From Candidatus Parcubacteria bacterium (GTDB lineage: Bacteria > Patescibacteriota > Minisyncoccia > Phycocordibacterales > Phycocordibacteraceae), in NCBI GenBank assembly GCA_021731495.1, contig JAKFXG010000002.1, positions 1 to 61,553 on the forward strand: a stretch of 61,553 nucleotides of DNA. Reading direction: 5' to 3'. Made by a program: the position numbers and the translations under genes. This document shows positions 52,135 to 60,857 of this stretch, piece by piece. Numbering within the stretch: position 1 is the first letter of the stretch; each line of letters starts with the position of its first letter. The notes below the pieces were generated by a model. It had not been told where the DNA came from. It ran no database searches and saw nothing but the letters and a program-made list of their open reading frames with translations.

Positions 52135-52743
52135 CTAATCCGATTTCGAGGCGGGCTCACGTAGCCCGTTCTTTTGCGCTCGGTACGCGAGGAGGTTGTA
52201 CCGACCGATAAAGAAAAGCACGAGAAGGAAGAGTGCGACCATACCCCAACGTGCGGGGCCAATCCAATCAGAGGTGACGTCGCCAAACCAGTACGAGAGG
52301 GAAAAAAGAATAGTTCCCAGGAGCAGACCTCCGGCAATCGCTTTAGGCACGAACGCAGAGAGAGGAAAACGGAAAAAACCGCTCGCTATATACGTAGTGA
52401 ATCGCAATCCGGGTACAAAGTGACCCGAAAAAATTATCACCGCATAGCGATCCTGAAGCCACGAACGGAAGGACGCAGTGAAGTCGTGATCGATATAATG
52501 CGCAAGTCGCTTATGAGTACGGGCGAGAAAGCCGATGGAGTAAAGTGTGGAGTCTCCGAGCATGATGCCGACATACAGAGAGAGAAGTGCGAGCGGAATG
52601 GAAATAAAACCATCTGCCGCGAGTACCCCGACGATGATTGTGGTCAGGTCCTCAAAAACAAAGGCACAAAGAATAATCGCGAGCGATAAAAGCATCACGT
52701 TATTCACAGAACCGTCGATGAGCTGAGAAAGGAAAGGGAGCAT
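52135..52743 (-). CDS. DedA/VTT-family membrane protein
   Basis: ..LGDSTLYSIGFLAR....IIFSGHFVPGLRFTTYIASG pattern. The track ORF's extra 137 codons overlap the VKOR gene on the other strand. Confidence 0.75.
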   Translation of the reverse strand: MLPFLSQLIDGSVNNVMLLSLAIILCAFVFEDLTTIIVGVLAADGFISIPLALLSLYVGIMLGDSTLYSIGFLARTHKRLAHYIDHDFTASFRSWLQDRYAVIIFSGHFVPGLRFTTYIASGFFRFPLSAFVPKAIAGGLLLGTILFSLSYWFGDVTSDWIGPARWGMVALFLLVLFFIGRYNLLAYRAQKNGLREPASKSD

Positions 52744-52833
52744 ACAATGAGCTCTTTCAGAGTAACAGATTTTCTTGGGGAGGGCTTGCTGCTCCATTTG
52801 CACTGAGGCGGCACAGCGCGTATCCTGAACGGT

Positions 52834-53370
52834 ATGAAACGAGTGGGTGTCGTACTCATCCTCGTGCTTGCCTTTTTCGGGCTGGCAGACTCCATATACC
52901 TCACCCAACATGCCGTAAACGGTACTCCGCTTCTCTGCGATATCCAAAATCTGTCGGGGTGCAATGTCGTCGCGCTGAGTCAATATTCGTATGTCTTTGG
53001 CATACCACTTGCCGAATTCGGGGTCCTGTTCTACGGCATCGTATTTGTCCTTGCCGCTCTTGAAATCGTCATTTTCGATCAGCTCTTGCGCCGCGTACTG
53101 CAGGCCGTCTCGTTTGCCGGCGTCATCTTTTCGCTCTACTTTATGTCGGTTCAACTGTTCGTAATACAGGCATTCTGTATCTATTGTTTGATATCGACAC
53201 TCATTGCGTTTCTTATTTTCATTCTCGCGAGTTTTATTGAACCTATACGCAGAGGCAGAGATACTAATCCGCAGCTGTCAGCCAGCGTCGCTCCTCGGCA
53301 ACCTGATGCAGGGTCTACGTCAGGATTTCCAAACGGAAGCGGAAGTCTCCCTATGCCACCCACACCCTAG
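52834..53370 (+). CDS. vitamin K epoxide reductase (VKOR) family protein
   Basis: ADSIYLTQH...LLCD...LSGCNVV..S.Y...FGIPLA loop cysteines and the CIYC active-site motif. Confidence 0.75.
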   Translation: MKRVGVVLILVLAFFGLADSIYLTQHAVNGTPLLCDIQNLSGCNVVALSQYSYVFGIPLAEFGVLFYGIVFVLAALEIVIFDQLLRRVLQAVSFAGVIFSLYFMSVQLFVIQAFCIYCLISTLIAFLIFILASFIEPIRRGRDTNPQLSASVAPRQPDAGSTSGFPNGSGSLPMPPTP

Positions 53371-53372
53371 CT

Positions 53373-54542
53373 ATGCAACGCACAATCCTCGCTGTGTTCA
53401 CCTTCTTTTTTCTTCTGCCGACGAGTGTTCTTGCCGCACAAGGCCCGGCATCTTTTTCAGCAGCGCGCTCGCTTCTTGTTGCGAGTTCTTCACCTGGGAA
53501 CGCGTATGCGGCGGGCGTTTCGGTCGTCGTTACCGCTCCGGTAGCAGGGGACCTCTCAATAGTGGGAGGTTCGGTTATCGCTGCCGCACCGGTACGTGGC
53601 GACACGCTTCTTCTTGCAGGCTCAATAAGCTCGCGCGCCCGTATGACGGGCGATCTCCGGGCGCTCGGCGGGCGTATACACATTGAAGAGCCGGTGCTGG
53701 GTGACTTGGTCGCTCTTGGCATCTCAGTGCATGATTCCGGCCGTGTTGCAGGAAGCGTCTTTATTGCCGCAGCGGACGTTACGTTGACAGATGGCGCCTC
53801 GGGCCCGGTTACCATTTATGGGAACAATGTCTCGCTCGCAGGGGATTTCGCGGGTGACATCAAAGTCACCGCAAGCGGTCACCTGACGCTTGCGGCGAGC
53901 ACCACGATACGCGGGAAACTTATCTATGAAGCGCCCGAAGCTGCTGCAATACCTGCGTCTGCGACGATAGTCGGCGGCGTCGAGTACACGAGCGCCTCCT
54001 ATCTGCCGGATGCCGGTACGTCGCGCATTCTCGCGCTCGTGAGCATCGGGTTCTTCCTCTTCGCGCGCATTCTCGGGGCTCTCATCCTTGCCGGCCTTCT
54101 GGCCGGCCTCTTCCCGAGGCTTGCGGAATCAATCGCCGAGCGTGCACATACGAAACGTCCTCGTAGTATTTTGCTTTCCATGCTGCTCGGCTTTGCCATA
54201 CTCGTCGCCACGCCAGTTTTGCTCATTCTCCTCTCGCTTACGTTTGTCGGCATCGGTCTCGCGCTTCTGCTTTTCATTGCCTATATCCTCCTGGTGCTTC
54301 TCGCTGGTGTCTATGCCGGCATCCTTCTCGGGAGTATTTTTGCGCGCCGTTTTTTCGGTCGCGAGACGGTACTCTGGCACGACGGCGTACTTGGCATGCT
54401 TGCGCTCTCGCTCGTCACTCTCGTTCCGGTGATTGGTCTTTTCGTGGCCTTTCTTCTCACCGCCTTTTCGGCGGGCGTGCTCCTGCAACTCTTTTTTCAA
54501 TTCGCTTTCCCTCACGACGACCACACGCCTGAAATGCTATAA
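53373..54542 (+). CDS. hypothetical protein: signal peptide, repetitive beta-helix-like (bactofilin-like) region, four C-terminal TM segments
   Basis: Repeats of the ..GD..V.G.SV.. type followed by hydrophobic segments. Confidence 0.65.
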   Translation: MQRTILAVFTFFFLLPTSVLAAQGPASFSAARSLLVASSSPGNAYAAGVSVVVTAPVAGDLSIVGGSVIAAAPVRGDTLLLAGSISSRARMTGDLRALGGRIHIEEPVLGDLVALGISVHDSGRVAGSVFIAAADVTLTDGASGPVTIYGNNVSLAGDFAGDIKVTASGHLTLAASTTIRGKLIYEAPEAAAIPASATIVGGVEYTSASYLPDAGTSRILALVSIGFFLFARILGALILAGLLAGLFPRLAESIAERAHTKRPRSILLSMLLGFAILVATPVLLILLSLTFVGIGLALLLFIAYILLVLLAGVYAGILLGSIFARRFFGRETVLWHDGVLGMLALSLVTLVPVIGLFVAFLLTAFSAGVLLQLFFQFAFPHDDHTPEML

Positions 54543-54550
54543 TTGCACGA

Positions 54551-55024
54551 ATGGAAGTACCCAAGATTCATTCACCAGCACCCGATTTCACGCTCCCTGA
54601 TCAAGACGGGGAAAATCACGCACTCTCCGACTACAAGGGGAAGTGGGTGCTGCTTTATTTCTACCCAAAGGACGACACCCCAGGGTGCACCATCGAAGCC
54701 TGCGCCATCCGCGACCAGTTCAAGGATTTTAAGAGTATCGGTGCGGTCGTGCTCGGGGTCTCAACCGACAGCGTTGCGAGTCACAAGAAATTCGCGACTG
54801 CCTACGAGCTGCCGTTTACGCTGCTTGCCGACGTGAACAAAGAAGTTGTGGGAATGTATGGCGTTTTCGGCGAGAAAAAGTTCATGGGGAAAACCTACAT
54901 GGGTACAAGCCGTACCTCGTTCCTCATCAATCCTGCGGGGAACATCGCCAAAGTGTACGAAAAAGTGAAGCCGGAGAAGCACGCCGCTGAAGTCATTGCG
55001 GATTTGCGAGCGTTTGCTCAATGA
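54551..55024 (+). CDS. bcp: thiol peroxidase / peroxiredoxin Bcp
   Basis: FTLPDQDGENHALSDYKGKWVLLYFYPKDDTPGCT. Confidence 0.93.
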   Translation: MEVPKIHSPAPDFTLPDQDGENHALSDYKGKWVLLYFYPKDDTPGCTIEACAIRDQFKDFKSIGAVVLGVSTDSVASHKKFATAYELPFTLLADVNKEVVGMYGVFGEKKFMGKTYMGTSRTSFLINPAGNIAKVYEKVKPEKHAAEVIADLRAFAQ

Positions 55025-55689
55025 TTTCTACAAAACAGAAAGAGCGTGTATTGCGCGCGCGGAAGATACTTTCGTATCTGAAGAAAACATATCCGGCGCC
55101 AAAGAGCGAACTGATACACGAAACGCCGATGCAGTTTCTTGCTTCGGTAATCCTTTCGGCGCAGTGCACGGACAAGACCGTAAACCGGGTAACAGAGAAG
55201 TTGTGGAAGAAATACAAAACCGCAGAGGATTTTGCGAAAGCGAATCCGGCAACGTTCACAAAAGAGATCTCATCGGTTACCTTTTTCCGTAATAAAGCGA
55301 AAGCGATTATCGGCGCGGCAAAGATCATTCAAACGCGGCACAAGGGAACCGTGCCGCGCACCGAAAAAGAGCTTGTCGCCCTGCCCGGTATCGGTTATAA
55401 GACGGCGCACGTTATTCTCGGCGAACTCTACGGCGTATGGGAGGGTATCGCGACCGATACGCACGTGAAGCGTTTCGCAAAGCGTTTCGACCTGACTGAC
55501 CAGAACGACCTCACGAAAATATCAAAAGACTTGGAGGCACTCATTCCAAAAAAAGACTGGAAATACATAAACAATGGCCTGGTGCTCTACGGCCGGTACG
55601 CGTGTCCTGCACGCCCGCATGATTGTGCCACACACCCGCTCACAAAACTCTGGCCGCCTGCCGCGCTGCGCTGGCCGAAAGCGAAATAA
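55021..55689 (+). CDS. nth: endonuclease III-like HhH-GPD glycosylase (only 2 of the 4 Fe-S cysteines)
   Basis: SAQCTD..VN, LPGIGYKTAHVILGE, D.HV.R. The C-terminus is CPARPHDC, with no further Cys. Confidence 0.85.
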   Translation: MISTKQKERVLRARKILSYLKKTYPAPKSELIHETPMQFLASVILSAQCTDKTVNRVTEKLWKKYKTAEDFAKANPATFTKEISSVTFFRNKAKAIIGAAKIIQTRHKGTVPRTEKELVALPGIGYKTAHVILGELYGVWEGIATDTHVKRFAKRFDLTDQNDLTKISKDLEALIPKKDWKYINNGLVLYGRYACPARPHDCATHPLTKLWPPAALRWPKAK

Positions 55690-55696
55690 AAGCATT

Positions 55697-55720
55697 GGGT
55701 CCCGCACGTTTGCGGGACCC
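55697..55720. terminator. bidirectional hairpin
   Basis: GGGTCCCGCA-CGTT-TGCGGGACCC. Confidence 0.6.
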
Positions 55721-55727
55721 GGGTATA

Positions 55728-56000
55728 TCAAGGCCGATTGTGATCCTTGAGTTCATTGATCGTGTAAAGGCGCGCCGCCCAGAGACATCCTTGGATAAAT
55801 CCGAGCCAGCGAAAGACCTTATCCATTCTCCCTTCATGGATAAAAGTAGTCATTTGGTCAAGCATCCCATGACAGTGGGGAAGTGCTTGCTCCCCCGAAC
55901 AGAGATATTCCTCATGAGGAAAGTCGATCTTGCCGATTTTTTGCTCCTCAAACCTTTTTCGATAGAGGTCGATAACGCCCAGCATCTTCTCCGGAGTCAT
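55728..56000 (-). CDS. hypothetical protein (90 aa)
   Basis: Clean ORF convergent with nth. No motif recognised. Confidence 0.45.
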   Translation of the reverse strand: MTPEKMLGVIDLYRKRFEEQKIGKIDFPHEEYLCSGEQALPHCHGMLDQMTTFIHEGRMDKVFRWLGFIQGCLWAARLYTINELKDHNRP

Positions 56001-56129
56001 GGTGACATCCTTCTGTGGTTCTAGTTCCCAGTCACAACCCTATTCAAAAGAGGTTGAGAAGTCAACTTCGTTTTTACAATGTTAATGACTTTTGTACCTT
56101 AATCTCTTTCCATCGAATATTGGGGTAGG

Positions 56130-56939
56130 ATGGCAAGAATGATGACCCCCGCAGAATTTAGGGTACTCGTGTGGCGCTACTACCGAACACACGGGCGGCA
56201 TGACTTGCCTTGGCGGCAAACGCATAACCCATACTGCGTACTTGTCTCAGAAATAATGCTCCAGCAAACGCAAGTGGATCGGGTGATACCGTTTTATAAA
56301 AAGTTCACACGGAAATTTCCAACAGCCAGAAAGCTTGCGCAAGCCCCATTGTCTGAAGTCCTGAAAAGCTGGCAGGGCCTCGGCTACAATCGACGGGCTA
56401 AGCAGCTCAGGGCTGCCGCCCAAGCGCTCACTGAAAGAAAATATCGAACAGTCACCGAACTTGAGGAGTTACCGGGTGTCGGACCATACACGGCGCGCGC
56501 GGTCGCCGCATTTGCAGACAACCAAGATGTGATTTTTATTGAGACAAATATCCGCACGGCGATTATTCACCATTTCCTTCCGAAGAAGAAGAAAGTCTCG
56601 GACAAGGACATTGAGAATGTACTTCTACGGGTCCTCCCGAAGGGGAAGTCGAGAGATTGGTACAGCGCGCTTATGGACTACGGTGCGTATTTGAAACGTT
56701 CGGGTATTTCACACAATGCAAGGAGTAAGGGGTACGTGAAGCAGTCGAAATTCTCTGGGTCTCTACGAGAAGCGCGTGGCGCTCTTCTGCGCGAACTCAC
56801 CCAGGGAACCGTGCCGCGGGCACTCCTCTTGAACCTTCTTGGTGCCTCGCGGCGCGCACAAGTTCTCACGGCGCTTGATGCTCTCCTCGCTGAGGGATTG
56901 GTATGTGTGAAAAAGGGTCATGTCGCACTCGCCAACTAA
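56130..56939 (+). CDS. MutY-like HhH-GPD adenine glycosylase, short form without an Fe-S cysteine cluster
   Basis: DLPWRQTHNPYCVLVSEIMLQQTQV.RV...Y..F and LPGVGPYTARAVAAFA. Confidence 0.75.
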   Translation: MARMMTPAEFRVLVWRYYRTHGRHDLPWRQTHNPYCVLVSEIMLQQTQVDRVIPFYKKFTRKFPTARKLAQAPLSEVLKSWQGLGYNRRAKQLRAAAQALTERKYRTVTELEELPGVGPYTARAVAAFADNQDVIFIETNIRTAIIHHFLPKKKKVSDKDIENVLLRVLPKGKSRDWYSALMDYGAYLKRSGISHNARSKGYVKQSKFSGSLREARGALLRELTQGTVPRALLLNLLGASRRAQVLTALDALLAEGLVCVKKGHVALAN

Positions 56940-58105
56940 CGAAAATCTCTTATGCGCAAGGTTGTCGCGACGCCAGCGATAGCGATGAATCCGCCGGTGA
57001 GCAGGAAAAATAGCTGATAGGTGCCGAAATACAGAATGAGGCTGCCGACTACCGGCGCGATCAAGTTTGCAACCGGCCAGACGCCTCGGAAAAAGCTTAT
57101 TGACGTGATGTCTTGTTCGGATACTCGACGGAAAAAGTGGGCTGTGGTCATGCTCTCAATGAGAGCCGTGCCTACGCGAGAGCCGATAAGTATGAGAAGA
57201 ATGAGGACAAGCGGGGAAGACGGCGAAAGAAAGCTGAGAGAAACAACCGCCCCGCCTGCAATAAGAAATCCTGCGAGCATCAGTTCTTTGTCGCCGAGGA
57301 ATCGGTCTGCGATCCATCCGGCAGGATATTCGACAAGCACGTAGGGTATGAGCATGATCGAGAACATCCATCCGAGGGTCGCCCATGGTATGTCGAGCAT
57401 GGTGTGGAGGTAGAAGGGAACGTATAGCGGCGCCCAGATGTAAAAGAGGTAGAGGATAAGATGTCCGAACGTGACCGCTGCGAAATCGCGGTCCTGCAGG
57501 ATACAGGCCATTGTGTCCCGGATGTGGGAGACTTTCGGTGCCGCTCCCTTTGGGAGATTTTGCGAAGTGAGAAGGATAATAAGCGGTATCGTCGCCGCGG
57601 CGGCGGCGAGGAAGACGCGGCCAAAGGCGTCTGAATGTGCCAAGAGCGCACCCATGAGGAGCGGTGCGGCGAGGGTGGCAATATTCCATCCCGTGAGAAA
57701 AGTTGTGCGCACGCGGCCCGCTCCGTCTTCAGTCCCAGTCGCTTCGAGAAGTATATCGAGCCCGTAGGAAAGAAACGACTGGAGCGAAATGGTGACAGCG
57801 ATAAGGAGTATGCTCGCTAGAGCGCCTGGAGCCGCCGCGAGCGCGAGCAGGGCGAGCATTTCTGCGATGGCAAATCCAAGCGCGAGTCGTTGTGCGCCGT
57901 ATCGTGCGACGATCCGTGGGAGGTAGGGGAAAAGAATGACGCCGACAGCTGCTCCTCCTGCAATAACGAGACCGGTGTACGCCACCGGCATGAAGGATGA
58001 GAGGTAGGGAAGTAGGATGTAAGCGACCAGGGCGGCGAACATCGAGAAAAAGAAATTCCCGAAAAAAAGGATAACGCGCGGAGACATTGTCTTCGAGCAT
58101 AGCAT
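56936..58105 (-). CDS. MFS transporter
   Basis: About 12 hydrophobic segments. Start uncertain (58087, 58105 or 58126). Confidence 0.8.
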   Translation of the reverse strand: MLCSKTMSPRVILFFGNFFFSMFAALVAYILLPYLSSFMPVAYTGLVIAGGAAVGVILFPYLPRIVARYGAQRLALGFAIAEMLALLALAAAPGALASILLIAVTISLQSFLSYGLDILLEATGTEDGAGRVRTTFLTGWNIATLAAPLLMGALLAHSDAFGRVFLAAAAATIPLIILLTSQNLPKGAAPKVSHIRDTMACILQDRDFAAVTFGHLILYLFYIWAPLYVPFYLHTMLDIPWATLGWMFSIMLIPYVLVEYPAGWIADRFLGDKELMLAGFLIAGGAVVSLSFLSPSSPLVLILLILIGSRVGTALIESMTTAHFFRRVSEQDITSISFFRGVWPVANLIAPVVGSLILYFGTYQLFFLLTGGFIAIAGVATTLRIRDFR

Positions 58106-58111
58106 ACGAAA

Positions 58112-58140
58112 AACGCGGTCCGTCAAAGACGAACCGCGTT
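58112..58140 (-). terminator. hairpin plus U-run downstream of the phosphatase gene
   Basis: - strand AACGCGGT...ACCGCGTT followed by TTTTCG. It abuts the MFS start, so it may act as an attenuator. Confidence 0.4.
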
Positions 58141-58143
58141 GAA

Positions 58144-58761
58144 CTAATGGTTGTGCTGTTCGATGCGAATCATATGCGCTTCTGAGGCAGGCGAGTCAGG
58201 TGCGAGTAGCAGAAGTTCAGAATTGCCAAAGTGGAATTGTGTGAGAAGGTCTATCCATGGGAGATCGTAATACGCAGCATAGAGCATTTTGCCGAAATCG
58301 CCGTGGGTCACAAGGAGCACCGACCCATCAAGGTGCCATTTCTGAACCTCATCCAGAACTTGTTTTGCGCGCTTGATGAGTTGCGGGAACGTTTCGGCAC
58401 CTTCCGGCGATAGGAAGTACGTGATGGTATCTGTTTTTATGATGGCGGGGGCACAGAGCTTCTCAATGTCATCTACCGGCTTGCCAGTCATCGTTCCGAA
58501 ATCGCGTTCGATTAGGCCCTCGATGACTCGCGGTGCCGGAAGACTGAGAGTCTTTGTGATCGCACAAGCGGTATCGTACGCGCGCATGAGCGGCGACGAA
58601 TACACTGCATCAAACGTGAGGCCATGGTCCCTGATCCCCTCGGCGAGCTCAAGAGCTTGGCGCATACCGAGTTCGGTCAATGGTAAATCCCGATGGCCGT
58701 TGAGGATGCCAGCAGTATTGTCCGCATTTTGCCCATGTCGGGCCACATAGATTTTCGTCAT
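58144..58761 (-). CDS. histidine phosphatase family protein (GpmB/cofactor-dependent PGM-like)
   Basis: IYVARHGQNADN..G...G..D.PLTELG..QA. Confidence 0.85.
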   Translation of the reverse strand: MTKIYVARHGQNADNTAGILNGHRDLPLTELGMRQALELAEGIRDHGLTFDAVYSSPLMRAYDTACAITKTLSLPAPRVIEGLIERDFGTMTGKPVDDIEKLCAPAIIKTDTITYFLSPEGAETFPQLIKRAKQVLDEVQKWHLDGSVLLVTHGDFGKMLYAAYYDLPWIDLLTQFHFGNSELLLLAPDSPASEAHMIRIEQHNH

Positions 58762-58813
58762 AGATGTCTTCCCATCGAAATAGTTTCGTTCTGACCCGAG
58801 ACTACCATAAAAC

Positions 58814-58845
58814 GATCACGGCGGCACTCTCGTGCCGCCGTGATC
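58814..58845 (-). terminator. terminator after rnj
   Basis: GATCACGGCGGCAC-TCTC-GTGCCGCCGTGATC followed by GTTTTA on the - strand. Confidence 0.65.
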
Positions 58846-58859
58846 TCGCCCATTTCAAT

Positions 58860-60785
58860 TTACATTCCAATCAAGACCGGAATGACCATCGGAGCTTTGT
58901 TGGTGTGAGCGAAGAGGAATCCGGCCATCACGTCGGTCAGATTGTTCTTCACATAGTCGAGATCGATCGGGTTCATATTGCGCGTCGAGTCCTCAACGGT
59001 CTTTTTGATGAGGACTCGTGCCTCATTGAGTAGATTCTGCGACTCGCGCAGGTAGATGAAACCGCGGCTGATGATATCAGGAGACTTACGCAGTTTTCCG
59101 GTCTTCAAGTTCACGCTCGCGATAATGACGAACATGCCGTCTTTCGCAAGTGACTGGCGATCGCGGATGACCACCTCCTGAATGTCGCCGATCATAAATC
59201 CGTCGACGATCATTGGCGAGGACGGAACCTTTTGTTTGTGCACGTTCATCCGCTCGCCGTCTTCGATATCGATAACAGTACCGTTGTCCGGGATGATGAT
59301 ATTTTCGCGAAGGAAGCCGGATTGTTCAACGGCTTTTGCGTGGCATGCAGTCATTGAGCGATACCCGTACGCCGGCATGAAGAATTTTGCGTTCACTTGC
59401 TTGTTGATCCAGACGAGCTCGCCGGTATTGCCGTGGCCGGTCGAGTGGACGTCAGAGGAGCGGTAGTGAATGAGCGAGACGTTGTGGCGATACAAATTGT
59501 CCTTCAATTTCTGTACGGCGATCTCGTTGCCGGGAATGACCGATGACGAGAGCACGATGGTATCGCGCTCGGTAAGGGTAATGTACTTGTGCTGCCTCGT
59601 TGCGATGCGCATGAGCGCGGCGAACTCTTCTCCCTGTGCACCAGTCGAAAGGATGACGATTTTGTCCGGCGGATAGTTGCCGATGTCTTGTGCGGGGATG
59701 AGCGTGTTTTTATCGATCGTGATAAGGCCGGCTTTTTCCGCTATCTCGAGGTTGTTCTTGATGGAACGTCCTTCCGTTACGATTTTCTTTCCGAGCTTCT
59801 CCGCGGTCTCAATGATGTGGATCATGCGCTCGAACTGGGAAGCGAACGTGCCGATGATGAGCCGCCCGGGCACTGTCTTAATGATGTCTTCCAGGGTTTG
59901 AATGACACGCTTTTCGGGGATGGAGAAGCCGTCCTTCTCGGCGTTTGTTGAGTCGGCGATGAAAAAGATGTTCTTATCTTTGGCAAGTGCTCCCCAGGTT
60001 TTCTGCTCGCGCTCGCTTGGGATACCGTCGTCATGGTCGAGCTTCAAGTCGCCGGTGATGACGACGTTGCCTTGCGGGGTCTCTATCGAGACACCCATCG
60101 AGTCGGGAATCGAGTGCGTGACGGGGAAAAATTTCACCCGTGTCGAACCGATGACCACGGACTGCCCAACTTCAACCGTAATCATTTCCGATTTCGGAAC
60201 ATCCGGATACTCCTCCTGGCGGCGCTGGATCATAACGGACGTTAGATTTTGCGTGTAGATAGGCGGCGTGCCGAAGCGCGGCATCACAAAAGGGATGCCG
60301 CCGATGTGATCGAGGTGTCCGTGCGTGATGATGACGCCCTTCACGCGAGCCGCGTTCTTCTCAAGGTATCGGGTATTGGGGAGGATGTAGTCGACTCCCG
60401 GAGACGAAGCTTCGGAGACGAATTGGAATCCCGCGTCAAAAACGAGAATGTCGCCAGTCGCGCCTATTTCAACGGCGGTCATGTTGCGGCCCACTTCCTC
60501 GACACCGCCAAGCGGAATAATGCGGACCGAAGTCGGTCCGACCGGTTCAGGGAAGTAGTCGACGGCACGGTTTACGCGTGTTGGCTGAGCCGTCGGGCGG
60601 CGCAGTATCCGCTGAATGCGGCGTGAGGCCCCTCCGGGACGCGGACCTCCGCGGTCGCTTGATCGATTCCCGCGGTTGAAACGTCTCCCCGGGCGGTCGG
60701 AGCGTGGTCGTGCTTCATGTGCAGGACTTGGTTGTGTCTCGGGTGCACGTCCCGGAGCTGGCGCAGGCGCTGGAGCTGGATTCAT
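58860..60785 (-). CDS. rnj: ribonuclease J with an Arg/Pro-rich N-terminal extension
   Basis: IIPLGGVEEVGRNMTAVE, ITHGHLDHIGGIPF, beta-CASP and C-terminal domain. Confidence 0.92.
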   Translation of the reverse strand: MNPAPAPAPAPGRAPETQPSPAHEARPRSDRPGRRFNRGNRSSDRGGPRPGGASRRIQRILRRPTAQPTRVNRAVDYFPEPVGPTSVRIIPLGGVEEVGRNMTAVEIGATGDILVFDAGFQFVSEASSPGVDYILPNTRYLEKNAARVKGVIITHGHLDHIGGIPFVMPRFGTPPIYTQNLTSVMIQRRQEEYPDVPKSEMITVEVGQSVVIGSTRVKFFPVTHSIPDSMGVSIETPQGNVVITGDLKLDHDDGIPSEREQKTWGALAKDKNIFFIADSTNAEKDGFSIPEKRVIQTLEDIIKTVPGRLIIGTFASQFERMIHIIETAEKLGKKIVTEGRSIKNNLEIAEKAGLITIDKNTLIPAQDIGNYPPDKIVILSTGAQGEEFAALMRIATRQHKYITLTERDTIVLSSSVIPGNEIAVQKLKDNLYRHNVSLIHYRSSDVHSTGHGNTGELVWINKQVNAKFFMPAYGYRSMTACHAKAVEQSGFLRENIIIPDNGTVIDIEDGERMNVHKQKVPSSPMIVDGFMIGDIQEVVIRDRQSLAKDGMFVIIASVNLKTGKLRKSPDIISRGFIYLRESQNLLNEARVLIKKTVEDSTRNMNPIDLDYVKNNLTDVMAGFLFAHTNKAPMVIPVLIGM

Positions 60786-60857
60786 AATTGATTGATTAGG
60801 TAGTCGGGTAAGATTGTTAAATTGAAACTGAAACCCGTACGAAAATAATGAGCAATG

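Noticed and set aside
52744-53154. 137-codon N-terminal extension of the DedA ORF.
   Set aside because: It overlaps the well-supported VKOR gene on the opposite strand, and a DedA of about 200 aa is the normal size.
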